DNA from: Convolutriloba macropyga
Lineage: Eukaryota
Assembly: GCF_964194025.1 (NCBI RefSeq)
Contig: NC_134468.1
Location: 29,760,001-29,824,000, forward strand
DNA length: 64,000 nucleotides
Reading direction: 5' to 3'
Position 1 is the first letter of the stretch. The number at the start of each line of letters is the position of its first letter. The notes beneath the pieces were generated by a model. That model saw nothing but the letters and a program-made list of their open reading frames with translations, searched no databases and had not been told where the DNA came from. Positions 26,756 through 38,944 of the stretch are shown piece by piece. A program made the position numbers and the translations under genes.

Positions 26756-27646
26756 AACGCTCGAAAAGGCTTTCTTAGAAACAGAGTTTTCATCCAGAAG
26801 AACAGCCAAGAACTCTTGGTTAATTTGTCAAGGCTATTATTATGAAGACGAAACGGCTAAAATTGATGGAGCTGACAACAGAGCTACTGATGTTGCTGCA
26901 CGAAAAAATTTAGTTGCTGACTCCCTGGACTGATTTCTCCTTGGAAAACCGCCCAGTGATATATTGACTGGTGACAAACATCTTACTTTTGGTTTTACCC
27001 TAAGCACCTCCTCCAGAAGGTCTCCATACATTTTTACCTTCTTTTCCGAATCTAATAAACATTACAGAGTAAAAATTGTTGAGGAAAATCGTTACGTGCG
27101 CAAAATGACCGTGGCTGTTAGTGTGTTGTCTGCGATTGAAAAACTTTGCTTAAAACACCAGCTGTCTATCGGAACACGGAGATGTTGCCCAGAACTTTTC
27201 TTGCCATTAGTCAAGAAGACACTCGTCAAGAAGACTAACAGAACAAACCCTTTTTATTAAAAGAAATTAAGTTTGAATGAAATATTGATTTGTCGAAATG
27301 GACTACCGGTTGTTGGAAAGCCTATTTCAACAACCTCAAATCGACCTGTCTCCTTCAACATGCTTGAAGCTCTAGATTTTCTTGACAACGGTAGTCATGG
27401 CATTTACCTAGCCGATTATCCATATCACTTTATTTTGATCTGGGACCTTACTTCAAACGATTTCACACGATTTCATTCACATTGAATTAACAAATTGTTC
27501 AATTTAAGTGGAGCTCGCTTTTGGAACAACTTTGGTTGACAACATTAAAATATTTTTTCCAACGGGAACGAAATTCAGTTTTTTACGTAAACTCTGAACG
27601 AAAGGTTAAAAGCAACTCGGTTGCTACATATCTCTTTGATGGATAA
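26756..27646 (+). pseudogene. Maverick major capsid protein, C-terminal part, diverged arm B
   Basis: KAFLETEF, QGYYYEDE and KHYRVKIVEENRYVRKMTVAVSVLSAIEK are homologous to copy A1; fused to the integrase by a deletion. Confidence 0.78.
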
Positions 27647-28069
27647 TTTTGAGATAAATTATCTACTAGGTAAAAGTGTTCATCTGAAGTACCAGTTTTG
27701 CGGAGTTTTTGCAGCTGCTAATTTTCTAAAACTGCCAGATGATTGCTCTAATGCGGTCAGTGCCCCAATGTCAACATCATTGGGAAGTAATTAGCTAATG
27801 ATTTTGAATTATAACAAACAATTTACTTTAGTGATCCACTTGGGCAAGCACTGGATTGCTACCATTTTGAATACATTTACCTGCTGCAAATCTGCTTCGT
27901 AGAAGAAGTTGTTCAATTTCTTAGTTTCCAACCATTTCAGATCCCAATGTCAAAATTGTTTGGACTCTTTTGTATTTATTTTGCTCATATTTTTTTCACA
28001 TATAGCTATCCATATGCACATTACTTGAATAATGATGATTTACTACGATTTGCTAAGCATATGATGTAG
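27639..28069 (+). pseudogene. Adenain-type cysteine protease (Maverick PRO), inactivated
   Basis: FCGVFAAANF, GSN* (expected GxHW), FSDPLG and MSKLFGLFCIYF (expected SxxCGxFCxYF); immediately follows the MCP. Confidence 0.72.
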
Positions 28070-29099
28070 GACAAATCAATCGATTGTTTTTTTAGTAATA
28101 ATTGTTTTGATAAGTTAGTAGCATTTTTCCTTTGAGGCTAGATGGCTCGGATTTTGTTGAAAAATATGGGAATAATTTATTAACTCAAATCGGAAGTTAA
28201 TTTTTCTATTCTCTTTATCAACATTCAGGGAGCTTTATCCGAAAAAAGTAATATCAATTTGTGTAAAATTAAAACATAAGAAATGTTCTGATAAGTACAT
28301 AAAAATCGGTTAAAAGTAAAAGCTGATATGAAATCATTTTGAACATTATCATTCTCTTTGACAGTCTCCAGTTCAATGGCATTTGGAAATCTTATTTTGG
28401 AGCCATATAAATCTAGCTGATGATGGTGATTATAAATGACTGCTTGCTCCAGTTTCTCAAAATTTTTACCCTGAAAAGTGTTGCTGACAGATTGCGTTTT
28501 AAGGAGTAGATGTCTGAAGCCTGTGTATAGGCAAGGAATTTAATAGCGTTTTAAAAAATTTTATTTAAAGCTTCTGTTACTTGATCCAAAGCTGCAATAA
28601 CATGATAATATTGTTCTTTTCTTCTACAAAAATTGTCAATCTCATGCAAACTGTGAGCAAAACTGTTGTTGACTCATTTAGTATCAAAGGTTGGCTCACT
28701 TCTGCAGATAAAAAAAAGAAATTTTTTTTGAAACTGCCTAAAGAATTCGGGTGTTCGTTCAAACTTAGCCTCACCCATTACTAATACGGTGTTTCGCTCT
28801 CAGAACTTTTCTTCACTTTCTTCTTTGTTCCATCAGCAAACTGATTTGATTTAACGCTATTCGTCTCCGATGAGAACGCGAGATGTTAACGTCGTTTTCT
28901 TCCCGTTGTTTTTTTGCGTTTTTCTTGATAGATTCTTCTGATTGTTCAGTCTTTAGCTTTTCACAGGTGAATTGTAGTTTTGAATTAATTGTTCAAACTC
29001 AGCTAAAGAGAGTGTAATTCTCTGGTTGAACTTAGACCAGCACTATTGCAATGATTTTTGTTGTCTTAGAGTTGATCACGGAATTTATCCTTTTTGAAA

Positions 29100-32000
29100 A
29101 GTTTTACCGTTATGACGGTTGCAGTGGATTTGTAAATTTTTACACAGGCCACTGCATAACGTTTTTCTATACAGGTAAAATTGTGAGAAAAGTCACAAAA
29201 GGAACAATCGCCAACCACTGACATAGTTTGTTTACAAGGCAAACTCTAACTGAATTTCAAACCAATTCGTATAAGTCTTTTTTTTTGCTATACAAGTACT
29301 GTGTTAAACTATAATAACAAAACAACCCAATGCAGACAGTTGAACATGTAAACTTATTCAGAAATAAATCATTGACACTCTAATTCTATTGGTCGTGCAA
29401 TGACTCGTGTAAAATGACTCTCGGCAGTGACTATAATTGTTTATCAAAGTATATATTCAACTCTAAAAATAGATTACTGAGTCAGGTAGTTCTAACACCA
29501 GCACAGCAACAACCACTCACCTCCTTATATGTTACCATATTTCGCTCTCATGCATGATCAAACAAAAGGTTAAAAGATGATATGAGCGACTGACTGATAG
29601 CAACACAGATAAAGAATATCACGAAAGCTGAAAAAATTTTTTTTCAACTAGTTGGTAAGCCGTGATTGATGACAATGTTTGATGATAAAACATTTTATAT
29701 AAATTTAATACTAGGTAAAATGATGTCTACAAAAGTATATTTTCAGACCTGAAACCCGGTGCAAAATTCATTACGCTCAATTTTATCACTTCAAAGTTTT
29801 CAATTTTTCCACTAAATTTTTTTACCGCTTTCTTCGATGATGAGGCTCACCAGGCAAGATGAGGTCAAGAAAAATCTTTTTTGACTCCTAACGCCCAGCG
29901 CAAAATGTAATTCACAAAATTTTAGTACTTCAAAAATTTTAATTTTTTCCGAAATTTTTTTTAAGTTTTTTTCGGTGATGAGGCTCACCAGTCAATTGAG
30001 GTAAATAAAATCGTCTTTGAGATCTCAAACCCGGCGCAAAATGCATATCATGCAATTTTAAAATTTCGAAAAGATCGATTTTTTTCAAAATTTCCAAAAA
30101 CTTTTTGGTTCGATGATGAGGCTAACCTGGACCGATTACAAAATGACAACCATTAAAACAGCAATGCTACTTCCAAACTAAGATCCAAAACAAACCATAC
30201 CCATCAAAAACTGACAACAGAAACTGACTAACGTCGTTTTCTTCCCGTTGTTTTATTGCGTTTTTCTTGATAGATTCTTCTGATTGTTCAGTCTTTAGCT
30301 TTTCACAGGTGAATTGTAGCTTTGAATTAATGTTCAAATTCAGCTGAAGATACAATAATTCTCTGGTTGAACTTGAAACCATCACTTTAAAATTTGTTTT
30401 TGTTGTCTTGGAGTTAATCACGGAATTTATCCATTTTGAAAAGTTTTATCGTTATGTATGTTGCAGTAGAGTCGTAGAATTTTACACAGGCCACTGCGTA
30501 ACGTTTTCCTGTACAGGTAATACCGTGAAAAAAGTCACAAAAGGAACAATCGCCAACCACTGACATAGTTTGTTTACAAGGCAAACTCTAACTGAATTTC
30601 AAACCAATTCGTATAAGTCTTTTTTTTGCTATACAAGTACTGTGTTAAACTATAATAACAAAACAACCCAATGCAGACAGTTGAACATGTGAAATTATTC
30701 AGAAATAATTCATTGACACTCTAGTTCCATTGGTCGTCCAATCAAAATCGAATACAATTACTCGTTTAAAATGACTTTCGGCAGTTACTATAATTGTTTA
30801 TCATAGTATATATTCAACTCTAAAAATAGGTCGGTGTCTCAGATAGTTCTAACAACAGCACAGCAAGAACCACTCACCTCCTTATCTATTACTATAATTT
30901 GTTCCCATGAATGATCAAATAAAGGGTTAAAAGATGATTTGAGTGGACTGACTGATAGCAACAGACATAAAGAATACCACTAACACTCAATAGTTTTTAT
31001 CAACTAGTTGATGAGCAGTTATTGATGACAATGTTTGATGATAAAACAATTGATATAAATTTAGTGCCAGGTTAAAATGATGTCCACAAAAAGTTAACTT
31101 TCAGACCTGAAACTCGGTGCAAAATGAATTTCACACAATTTTAACACTTCAAAATTTTTGCATTGTCCGCAAAATTTTTCTTTTTTTTTCGATGATGAGG
31201 CTCACCAGTCAATTGAGGTAAATAAAATCGTCTTTGAGATCTCAAACCCGGCGCAAAATGCATATCATGCAATTTTAAAATTTCGAAAAGATCGATTTTT
31301 TTCAAAATTTCCAAAAACTTTTTGGTTCGATGATGAGGCTAACCTGGACCGATTACAAAATGACAACCATTAAAACAGCAATGCTACTTCCAAACTAAGA
31401 TCCAAAACAAACCATACCCATCAAAAACTGACAACAGAAACTGACTAACGTCGTTTTCTTCCCGTTGTTTTATTGCGTTTTTCTTGATAGATTCTTCTGA
31501 TTGTTCAGTCTTTAGCTTTTCACAGGTGAATTGTAGCTTTGAATTAATGTTCAAATTCAGCTGAAGATACAATAATTCTCTGGTTGAACTTGAAACCATC
31601 ACTTTAAAATTTGTTTTTGTTGTCTTGGAGTTAATCACGGAATTTATCCATTTTGAAAAGTTTTATCGTTATGTATGTTGCAGTAGAGTCGTAGAATTTT
31701 ACACAGGCCACTGCGTAACGTTTTCCTGTACAGGTAATACCGTGAAAAAAGTCACAAAAGGAACAATCGCCAACCACTGACATAGTTTGTTTACAAGGCA
31801 AACTCTAACTGAATTTCAAACAAATTCGTATAAATCTGCTTTTTTGCTATACAAGTACTGTGTTAAACTATAATAACAAAACAACCCAATGCAGACTGTT
31901 GAAAATGTAAACTTATTCAGAAATAAATCATTGACACTCTAATTCTATTGGTCGTGCAATGACTCGTGTAAAATGACTCTCGGCAGTGACTATAATTGTT

Positions 32001-33394
32001 TATCAAAGTATATATTCAACTCTAAAAATAGATTACTGAGTCAGGTAGTTCTAACACCAGCACAGCAACAACCACTCACCTCCTTATATGTTACCATATT
32101 TCGCTCTCATGCATGATCAAACAAAAGGTTAAAAGATGATATGAGCGACTGACTGATAGCAACACAGATAAAGAATATCACGAAAGCTGAAAAAATTTTT
32201 TTTCAACTAGTTGGTAAGCCGTGATTGATGACAATGTTTGATGATAAAAGTCACAAAAGGAACAATCGCCAACCACTGACATAGTTTGTTTACAAGGCAA
32301 ACTCTAACTAAATTTCAAATCAATTCGTATAAGTCTTTTTTTTGCTATACAAGTACTGTGTTAAACTATAATAACAAAACAACCAAATGCAGACAGTTGA
32401 ACATGTGAAATTATTCAGAAACAATTCATTGACACTCTAGTTCCATTGGTCGTCCAATCAAAATCGAATACAATTACTCGTTTAAAATGACTTTCGGCAG
32501 TGACTATAATTGTTTATCATAGTATATTTTCAACTATAAAAATAGGTTGGTGTCTCAGATAGTTCTAACAACAGCACAGCAAGAACCACTCACCTCCTTA
32601 TCTATTACTATAATTTGTTCTCATGAATGATCAAATAAAGGGTTAAAAGATGATTTGAGCGGACTGACCGATAGCAACAGACATAAAGAGTACCACTAAC
32701 ACTCAATAGTTTTTTATCAACTAGTTGATAAGCAGTTATTGATGACAATGTTTGATGATAAAACATTTGATACAAATTTAGTACCAGGTTAAAATGATGT
32801 CCACAAAAAGTTAACTTTCAGACCTGAAACTCGGTGCAAAATGAATTTCGCACAATTTTAACACTTCAAAATTTTTGCATTGTCCGCAAAATTTTTCTTA
32901 TTTTTCGATGATGAGGCTCACCAGTCAAATTGAGGTAAATAAAATCGTCTTTGAGATCTGAAACCCGGCGCAAAATGCATTTTATGCAATTTTAAAATTT
33001 CGAAATGATCGACTTTTTTCAAAATTTACAAAAACATTTTTTTTCACTGATGAGGCTCACCTGGACTGATTACAAAACGACAACCACTAAAACAGCAGTG
33101 CTACTTCCAAACTAACATCCAAAACAAACCATACCCATCAAAAACTGACAAAATTTACCAAAAATGTGTCTTCCTGGGCACGCAACGGGGGGGGGGGGTT
33201 GTCTAATCCAGGGTTTGCAACGGGGGGACACAAAAAAGTTTTCAAAATTTTGGTTTTTTTTGGCGTCTTGCACCGCTTTTGCCAAGAAGCCAAATACCAA
33301 AATTTTGAAAATTTTTTGTCCCCCCCGTTGCAAACCCTGGGTTACACAAATGCCCCCATCCCTCGTTGCGTGCCCTGTAAGACACTATACTACT
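29100..33394 (-). repeat. Tandemly reiterated sub-terminal/TIR segments (including a 1217-bp direct repeat) ending in the right TIR
   Basis: ORFs 30167 and 31384 are identical (offset 1217); the terminal block recurs at ~29.2-30.2, 30.5-31.4, 31.7-32.25 and 32.25-33.39 kb in two sequence variants. Confidence 0.9.
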
Positions 33395-34493
33395 CACTTC
33401 CGATCGAGGGACGGGTAGGCTTTGGACTTCACTCCTTGTCAGTCGTGATTCGCCCCGATTGTGGTCCTTACATTTGATTCGCCTCGATTGTGGTCCTTAC
33501 ATTTGATTCGCCTCTTGAATCATTTTTATTTCTGTTGGTTTACAATTCGTTTTCATCGCGACTCCTTTCATGCCAGGCGATTTCGGTAACAAGGAATTTC
33601 CAGCCAACTGTCCATTTCTAAATATTTATTAACATGACTTTTGTATCAGTTTTTGAATTAGGTTGGAGTTTATTTAATTCCCGCCTAAATTAGGCTTCGA
33701 AACAGAAATAAGTCAGAGTTGTTGGTTTGTTTTAGAGTTCAAACAAAGATCTCAAATTGAATTTTCCTATGGCTGCCTCATTTATACTTGCTTCGCGACT
33801 TATTATTTGTTTTCTACCAGCCTTATGACTAATCCAATAGCGCTCCACTTTTTATCTGGCTCTTCACCTATGTCTTTATTGTTTTTCTCACAGAAAGTAG
33901 TGATTCGTCGGCAAATCTGATATCATGCTGGATCGAATCTAATGGTGCGTGGTACGTGGTGCTTCAGAATCTAAATTTTGTAAAATAATGGGATGAAAAC
34001 TTTGAAAAGCAATCAATAAATGCAGAGAAATATAATTCCTGCACTTTTCCGTTGAATATTGGTCCCTCGTAAGTATTCTGATTTCTTCATTTGGTTATTT
34101 GCACTTTTTAGTCCTTTGCAATTGCATTTGTTAGATAAGACTATGTGATTCAATTGTTGTAAACCAATTTTGATGCTCGGGTTGCATTTCGACGTTTTCG
34201 CGATTATAAGCTCTTTCATTTAGGGTCACCAGCCCGTAGGGATCCCGCCTAAGTAAGTAGGACAAAATCTGATCGCATTGCTTGGTTGTCGGCCAGTTTG
34301 CAATATTTCACTTCTTTCAGTTCTCAACCTTTGGTTGTGAGGATTGCAACTAGTGTTTTCATAAAAAATCTTTGACAATGCAAAGTTGAAGGCATTTTTC
34401 TGAGGTACAGATCATTTGAGATGTTTCAGGTGGATTTTTTTGAATCTCAGTGATGGTTTTTTAGGGGTCATAGAGTACTGTGATAATTGACGT
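33395..34493 (-). pseudogene. Integrase of the old Gypsy/Mag relic, right of the Maverick
   Basis: KTLVAILTTKG*ELKEVKYC aligns with KGLIASLTSKDAVLKEVRDC; HVPRTIRFDPA with HGVPRSLRIDQA; AIGLVIRL with AIGLVERL; ESRLTRSEVQSLPVP with ESRFLRTTQAHLPLP. Confidence 0.78.
33447..33514. repeat. 29-bp tandem duplication
   Basis: GATTCGCC(C/T)CGATTGTGGTCCTTACATTT, about 2.3 copies. Confidence 0.9.
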
Positions 34494-34912
34494 TGTCGTA
34501 CGCAAGTGAGATTGCGTACTTGATCTTGAGTCGCGAGTTGCGTTTATGTTTTATGTCCTACTTGCGCGGCGAGTGCGCTTTACACAATTTCTAAATGAAT
34601 CCGCTTAGCGAATCGCTTGATGATTATTCGTTTACTTTACTCGATTCGTAAAGACAGTTAATGAAGAATAAGTTAAATTGAGCAACTGTACGCGAAGTGC
34701 AAAACTAAGAGAATGAAAATTAAGGCAACTGGTATTCCAGAAGTCATAACAAACGTGAACAATAATTTCCCGCTATGGGAGATGGGAACAACAGACTAGC
34801 ATGTGAAAAAACATTGACTTGTACACATGCCCCTCAGGAATAAGTACACTAAATAAATTAAGTACATCGTATAATAAATTTACTGCACTGAATTAATTTA
34901 TGATGTATGACA
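34494..34912 (-). repeat. 3' LTR
   Basis: TGTCGTAC...GTATGACA; about 4 substitutions versus 44463-44881. Confidence 0.97.
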
Positions 34913-34925
34913 TTTCTCCCGCTTC
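34913..34925 (-). promoter_or_regulatory. Polypurine tract
   Basis: GAAGCGGGAGAAA on the minus strand, abutting the 3' LTR. Confidence 0.85.
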
Positions 34926-35078
34926 AATGAAAATTAAAATTGCATAAAGTAAAATTTTAATAACAATATGAATAATAGTAACACTTATTCACCGGTTAAA
35001 TAGTATCAACACTATATTTACTGGTTATCATAGCTAGTCATAAATAATAATTTATCAAGTTTTAGTTAATCAGAGTTT

Positions 35079-35873
35079 TCACATGTCTTCTTCATCAATG
35101 ATTAGCTCATTTGAAGTACTGTGATCTGCTGGTCGTATACGGGGGTTCGTCGGTGACACCTGTCCTATGATAGGCGAGGGAAAGTCGTTTGCGATAGGTT
35201 CAACCCGCGTAGCTGTATCAACAATTGTTTGTACAACCGAAGGTTGTATCGGTTCAATGTCTCCTACGCGTCGTTTCCTACGAGGTGGAGCAAAGTTCAG
35301 GGGACACGAATTAGTGGAGTCACCAGATGAGTCTTCTTTATCATATCCATAATATTTAGGACTTTTTCTAGTCCGTTTTGTTGCTCTTGTCAGTGTATGT
35401 GGTAATGTTGTTGTTGGAACCGAAGGAGATGATAAGAGTACTTCTGGTTGATTATTTGTAGGAGGGGGTGCAATTAAAACTTCTCCAGTTATAATTTGCT
35501 GTTCGGGAGCAGCCTCTGGAATTTCGGGTATTGCTTGGGGAGCGAAATTGTCCGGTACTTTAGGCATGCGTACTCGCATTGCGCGAGCAATGTTTGATTT
35601 GTTTGAGGATACACCGCTACCAGTTTCTCGTTTGCGATGCTTCATTTTTCGGTCTCCTTTTTGTATGCGGTTACACTCTTTGATTGCGGTTACACTGCGG
35701 GGTCCACGACGGTTAATGTATTCGGTTAATTTGGTTTTTCGTTCTTCCCGAGTACCAAATTTCGCAATATCACTATTGCGCACTGTTACTTCCATCTTCC
35801 CCGGCTCGCGAATGACAGAAGTGTATTGATCGGTATTTTGTACTACCGATTCTGGGGCCAACACCTCATACAA
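35079..35873 (-). pseudogene. Integrase C-terminal extension (Pro/Ser/basic-rich), frameshifted from the integrase ORF
   Basis: 264-aa ORF overlapping the end of the integrase ORF; homologous to the old relic at 13581-14029. Confidence 0.7.
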
Positions 35874-37645
35874 AGCATCCAGATTTTTCTTGGATTTTTA
35901 TGAAGATGTTTCTTTCGGGCAATGTTTAACTGTACGGCGTGTTCTTTCAGAGGAAGTGGAAGATGCGCTTGCGTGGTGCGAAGGAAACGGGATTCATTAT
36001 CGGTTGCTAGCCGTTCGCGAGTGGTGGCGTCCTTTGTCGCTTTACACATATTGCGTTCAATTTCGTCGTCACTCTGGCTGTTTCCCCAGTGTTCCTCAGG
36101 CAGCAATTCATTAGGGGTTACAGTTTCTTCATCTAAATAATGATTCAGAATTTTTTCATAACTTAGATCAGATGATTTTGGTTGAGTACTTATATTACTA
36201 AGTGGTGTATTGGCTTTACGCCCAAAGTGAGATTCGAATGGCGAAAGCTTAGTTGTTTTATGTTTACATATGCGAAGCTGGTATATAATTAATTTTAATG
36301 CTGCTTTAATGGTGAACGAATTTAATTCTTTATTTGCTTCTTTTATACATGCCAAGCGTTGTTTAATAGTACCAATAAGTCTTTCAACTAAACCTATTGC
36401 ACGATGGCCGTTTGCCGGAGCTGGTATTAGTGTGATATTATTTTTTGTACAAAAAATTTTTACTTGGTTACCTACAAGACAACGAGCTTGGTCTATTCTT
36501 AAGGAACGAGGAACTCCATGAATTTGTATATAATTATCTAAAAACTTTATGACATTCGAGGAATTTGCATTATCAACCAATTCTGCAGAAGGATATTTTG
36601 ATAATCTATCAATACATGTTAAAATGTATATTTCATGTTCTTTTTCGTTATTAATGGGCCCTGCAAAATCTATTTGTATTTCTTGGTTCGGAACTATACA
36701 TGGTGTATGTGCTTTAAATTGTTTTGCGGGAATGAGAGATTTTAAATTTTTACCGATAGCAGTGCAAGATTTGCACTCTATTGCTTTGACAAGCAAATTA
36801 CGATTCATGTATTGCCACCAGCAGTGCTGAGCCATACATACCATCCCCCAGCTACCTGGGTGACTCGCATGCAAATCGTCAATGAGGGCATCTTTGAGTG
36901 CATTCGGAATGGCCACCTTCTCGTCCATACAAACACACCCGCCAGTCACATGAAGGTCCCGCCAATAGCTATGGAGATACGGGTTGAGGGCCTTTGGTCG
37001 TTCTTCATCTCTCCGTGTTATACAGTCCCGAACCTCTTTCAGAACTGCGTCCTTGCTTGTGAGTGATGCTATTAGACCTTTGCTGAACACTTTTCCCACC
37101 ACTCTCTCAAAAGACATTACTTGGGGGCTATCCGTTAGTGGGGTGCTCAGATTTGAATGCGAGGAGGATCTGCGTGGAGTACTTGTGGTTGCATTGTCTG
37201 TAAACGATACGCGGGGCGAAGCTCTTGTTGTTTGGGAGGAGATTGATTTTCCCTTGAGAGATGAAGCTTGTTGACTCATTGTTGATGAGAGTTCAGTTTT
37301 TTCAATTAAGTTAATTGACAAGGAGGAAGACAAGTGAATTTCAGGTTGAGTTTGGGCAAAAAGCACTTGTTTGTTGTTTGTTAATTGAGCACGTGAGTTA
37401 TTTAAAGTATTTGAGTGTGGTTTACTAAAAAAGGTAGGAATTTGAGGCTGATTTTTGATTGACAAGTGAGAGTGACATATTGGAGCAAATTTGGAAGTAT
37501 TTTGGTAAGCGAGTGACGCTTTTCTTGTTTTTACAAGCATTTGAGGCTCAATTTGTACAAGATTAGTTGTAAATGGTAGACTATGCGACGCAAATTTAGA
37601 ATGAATTGGGTATTTAGTAACTTGCTTTGCATCTGAGGAATGCAT
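35843..37645 (-). pseudogene. pol: Pol: Ser/Thr-rich linker plus integrase
   Basis: HASHPG...CKSC zinc-binding motif; IQIDFAGP, RIDQA and GLVER (DDE core); SPFESHFGRK. Confidence 0.93.
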
Positions 37646-37975
37646 TCTAGTCTTTTGAGTAAATAATAAAGTATTATGCCTGGCGGGTGTTAATTTGTTA
37701 AAAGAAAAGCGTACTCGCGATGCGAGATCGGAGGTGGTATTAATTAATTTAGAAGTGTTGACTTTTGAAGTAGGATATGTATGTGCGAATACGGAATCAT
37801 TTTGAGTTGAATGTACTCGCTGATCATGTGCACTAGTACAATTAATACTATTAGTGGAATGAAGAAATGAGTTATGTTTTTGATCCGCGAATGATTTAGT
37901 ATTATCGGTTAAGTGTACGCGCGGGGCGTGTGTACTATACTGATGATTGAATTTAAGGGACGTTACTTTAGAGTT

Positions 37976-38944
37976 TTAAATTCGCGCCGCGAGATTGGAA
38001 CTAACATTTGTTAAGCGTACACGCTGGGCGGAATTTATGTCTAAATTAGAAGTTTGTTTTGAACAGAATTTGGAACTATTGTTTCGCGGGGCGAGTAAAT
38101 CATGAATTTTTGTTTGAGGATTTGGTGTTACATAATCTATAGTTAAAACTTGTTCTGTATTAGTGGTGGAATTTTTATTTTCACCATCAATATCAATATA
38201 TAATTTATGAAGTGAATGAGCTAAGAGGTTGTGTTTTCGTTGAAGTAATTGAGCGTCAGAATGTATGCTTGATAACGTTGCAACTAAAAATTCCTCATCA
38301 TATTTGGAAATACTTTTTGCTGGTTGATATGGATTTCGAGATATGTAATCAACTAGTCCCATTTTCGCGCCAGGTAGATGCTCTATTGAGAATGGATAAG
38401 GCAAAAGACGATCAACCCATCGTGATAACCTACTATTGTAACTTTTATTTGATCGATGTTCTTTTAAAATGGAAAGTAATGCGCGGTGATCAGTGATAAC
38501 AGTGAATTCTTTACCATACAAATAATTTTTAAAATATTCTATGGACCATACTACCCCAAGAAGTTCTAATTCATTAATACTATAACGTTCTTCACTACTG
38601 TTTAAAAATCTTGATGCTTCAAACCGGCTACCAATCGGCTTCCAACCGACAACTGTTAGTTGTTCTAGTGCTGCTCCCAATCCGGAGCGAGAAGCATCAC
38701 ATTTGATTCGCGTTTCGAGTTGGGGGTTATAGTGAATGTTTTCTGTATGATTTGCTATGCGAGTTTTAATGGCATTAAAATGTAGCGTATGAGCGTCAGT
38801 CCAAATGTATTTAGCGGACTTACGAAGTAGAGGTCTTAAAGGATGGCAGAGCTGAGCTAGATTGGGAATAAATTTACTAATATAGTGGACTGAACCGAAA
38901 AATGAGCGTAATTTTTTAAGTGTATTAGGTGGTTGCAATGACAT
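37976..38944 (-). pseudogene. pol: Pol: RT connection and RNase H (duplicate copy 2)
   Basis: LRSFFGSVHY, KCDASRSGLGAALEQ, YSINELELLGVVW, ITDHRAL, DYISR. Confidence 0.93.

Larger units (their letters stand above)
14030..33394. mobile_element. Defective, rearranged Maverick/Polinton (adintovirus-like) element, 19,365 bp
   Basis: Termini AGTAGTATAG...CTATACTACT; long diverged TIRs; 6-bp TSD CACTTC at 14024-14029 and 33395-33400; degenerate integrase, minor capsid, core, major capsid and protease genes; no pPolB or ATPase recognised. Confidence 0.93.

Noticed and set aside
14030-33394. Total length of 19.4 kb matching autonomous Maverick size as evidence of a packaging constraint
   Set aside because: Much of the length comes from very recent duplications that post-date integration, so the match is coincidental.
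35167-37274. Plus-strand ORFs overlapping the integrase
   Set aside because: Antisense shadows of the pol frame.
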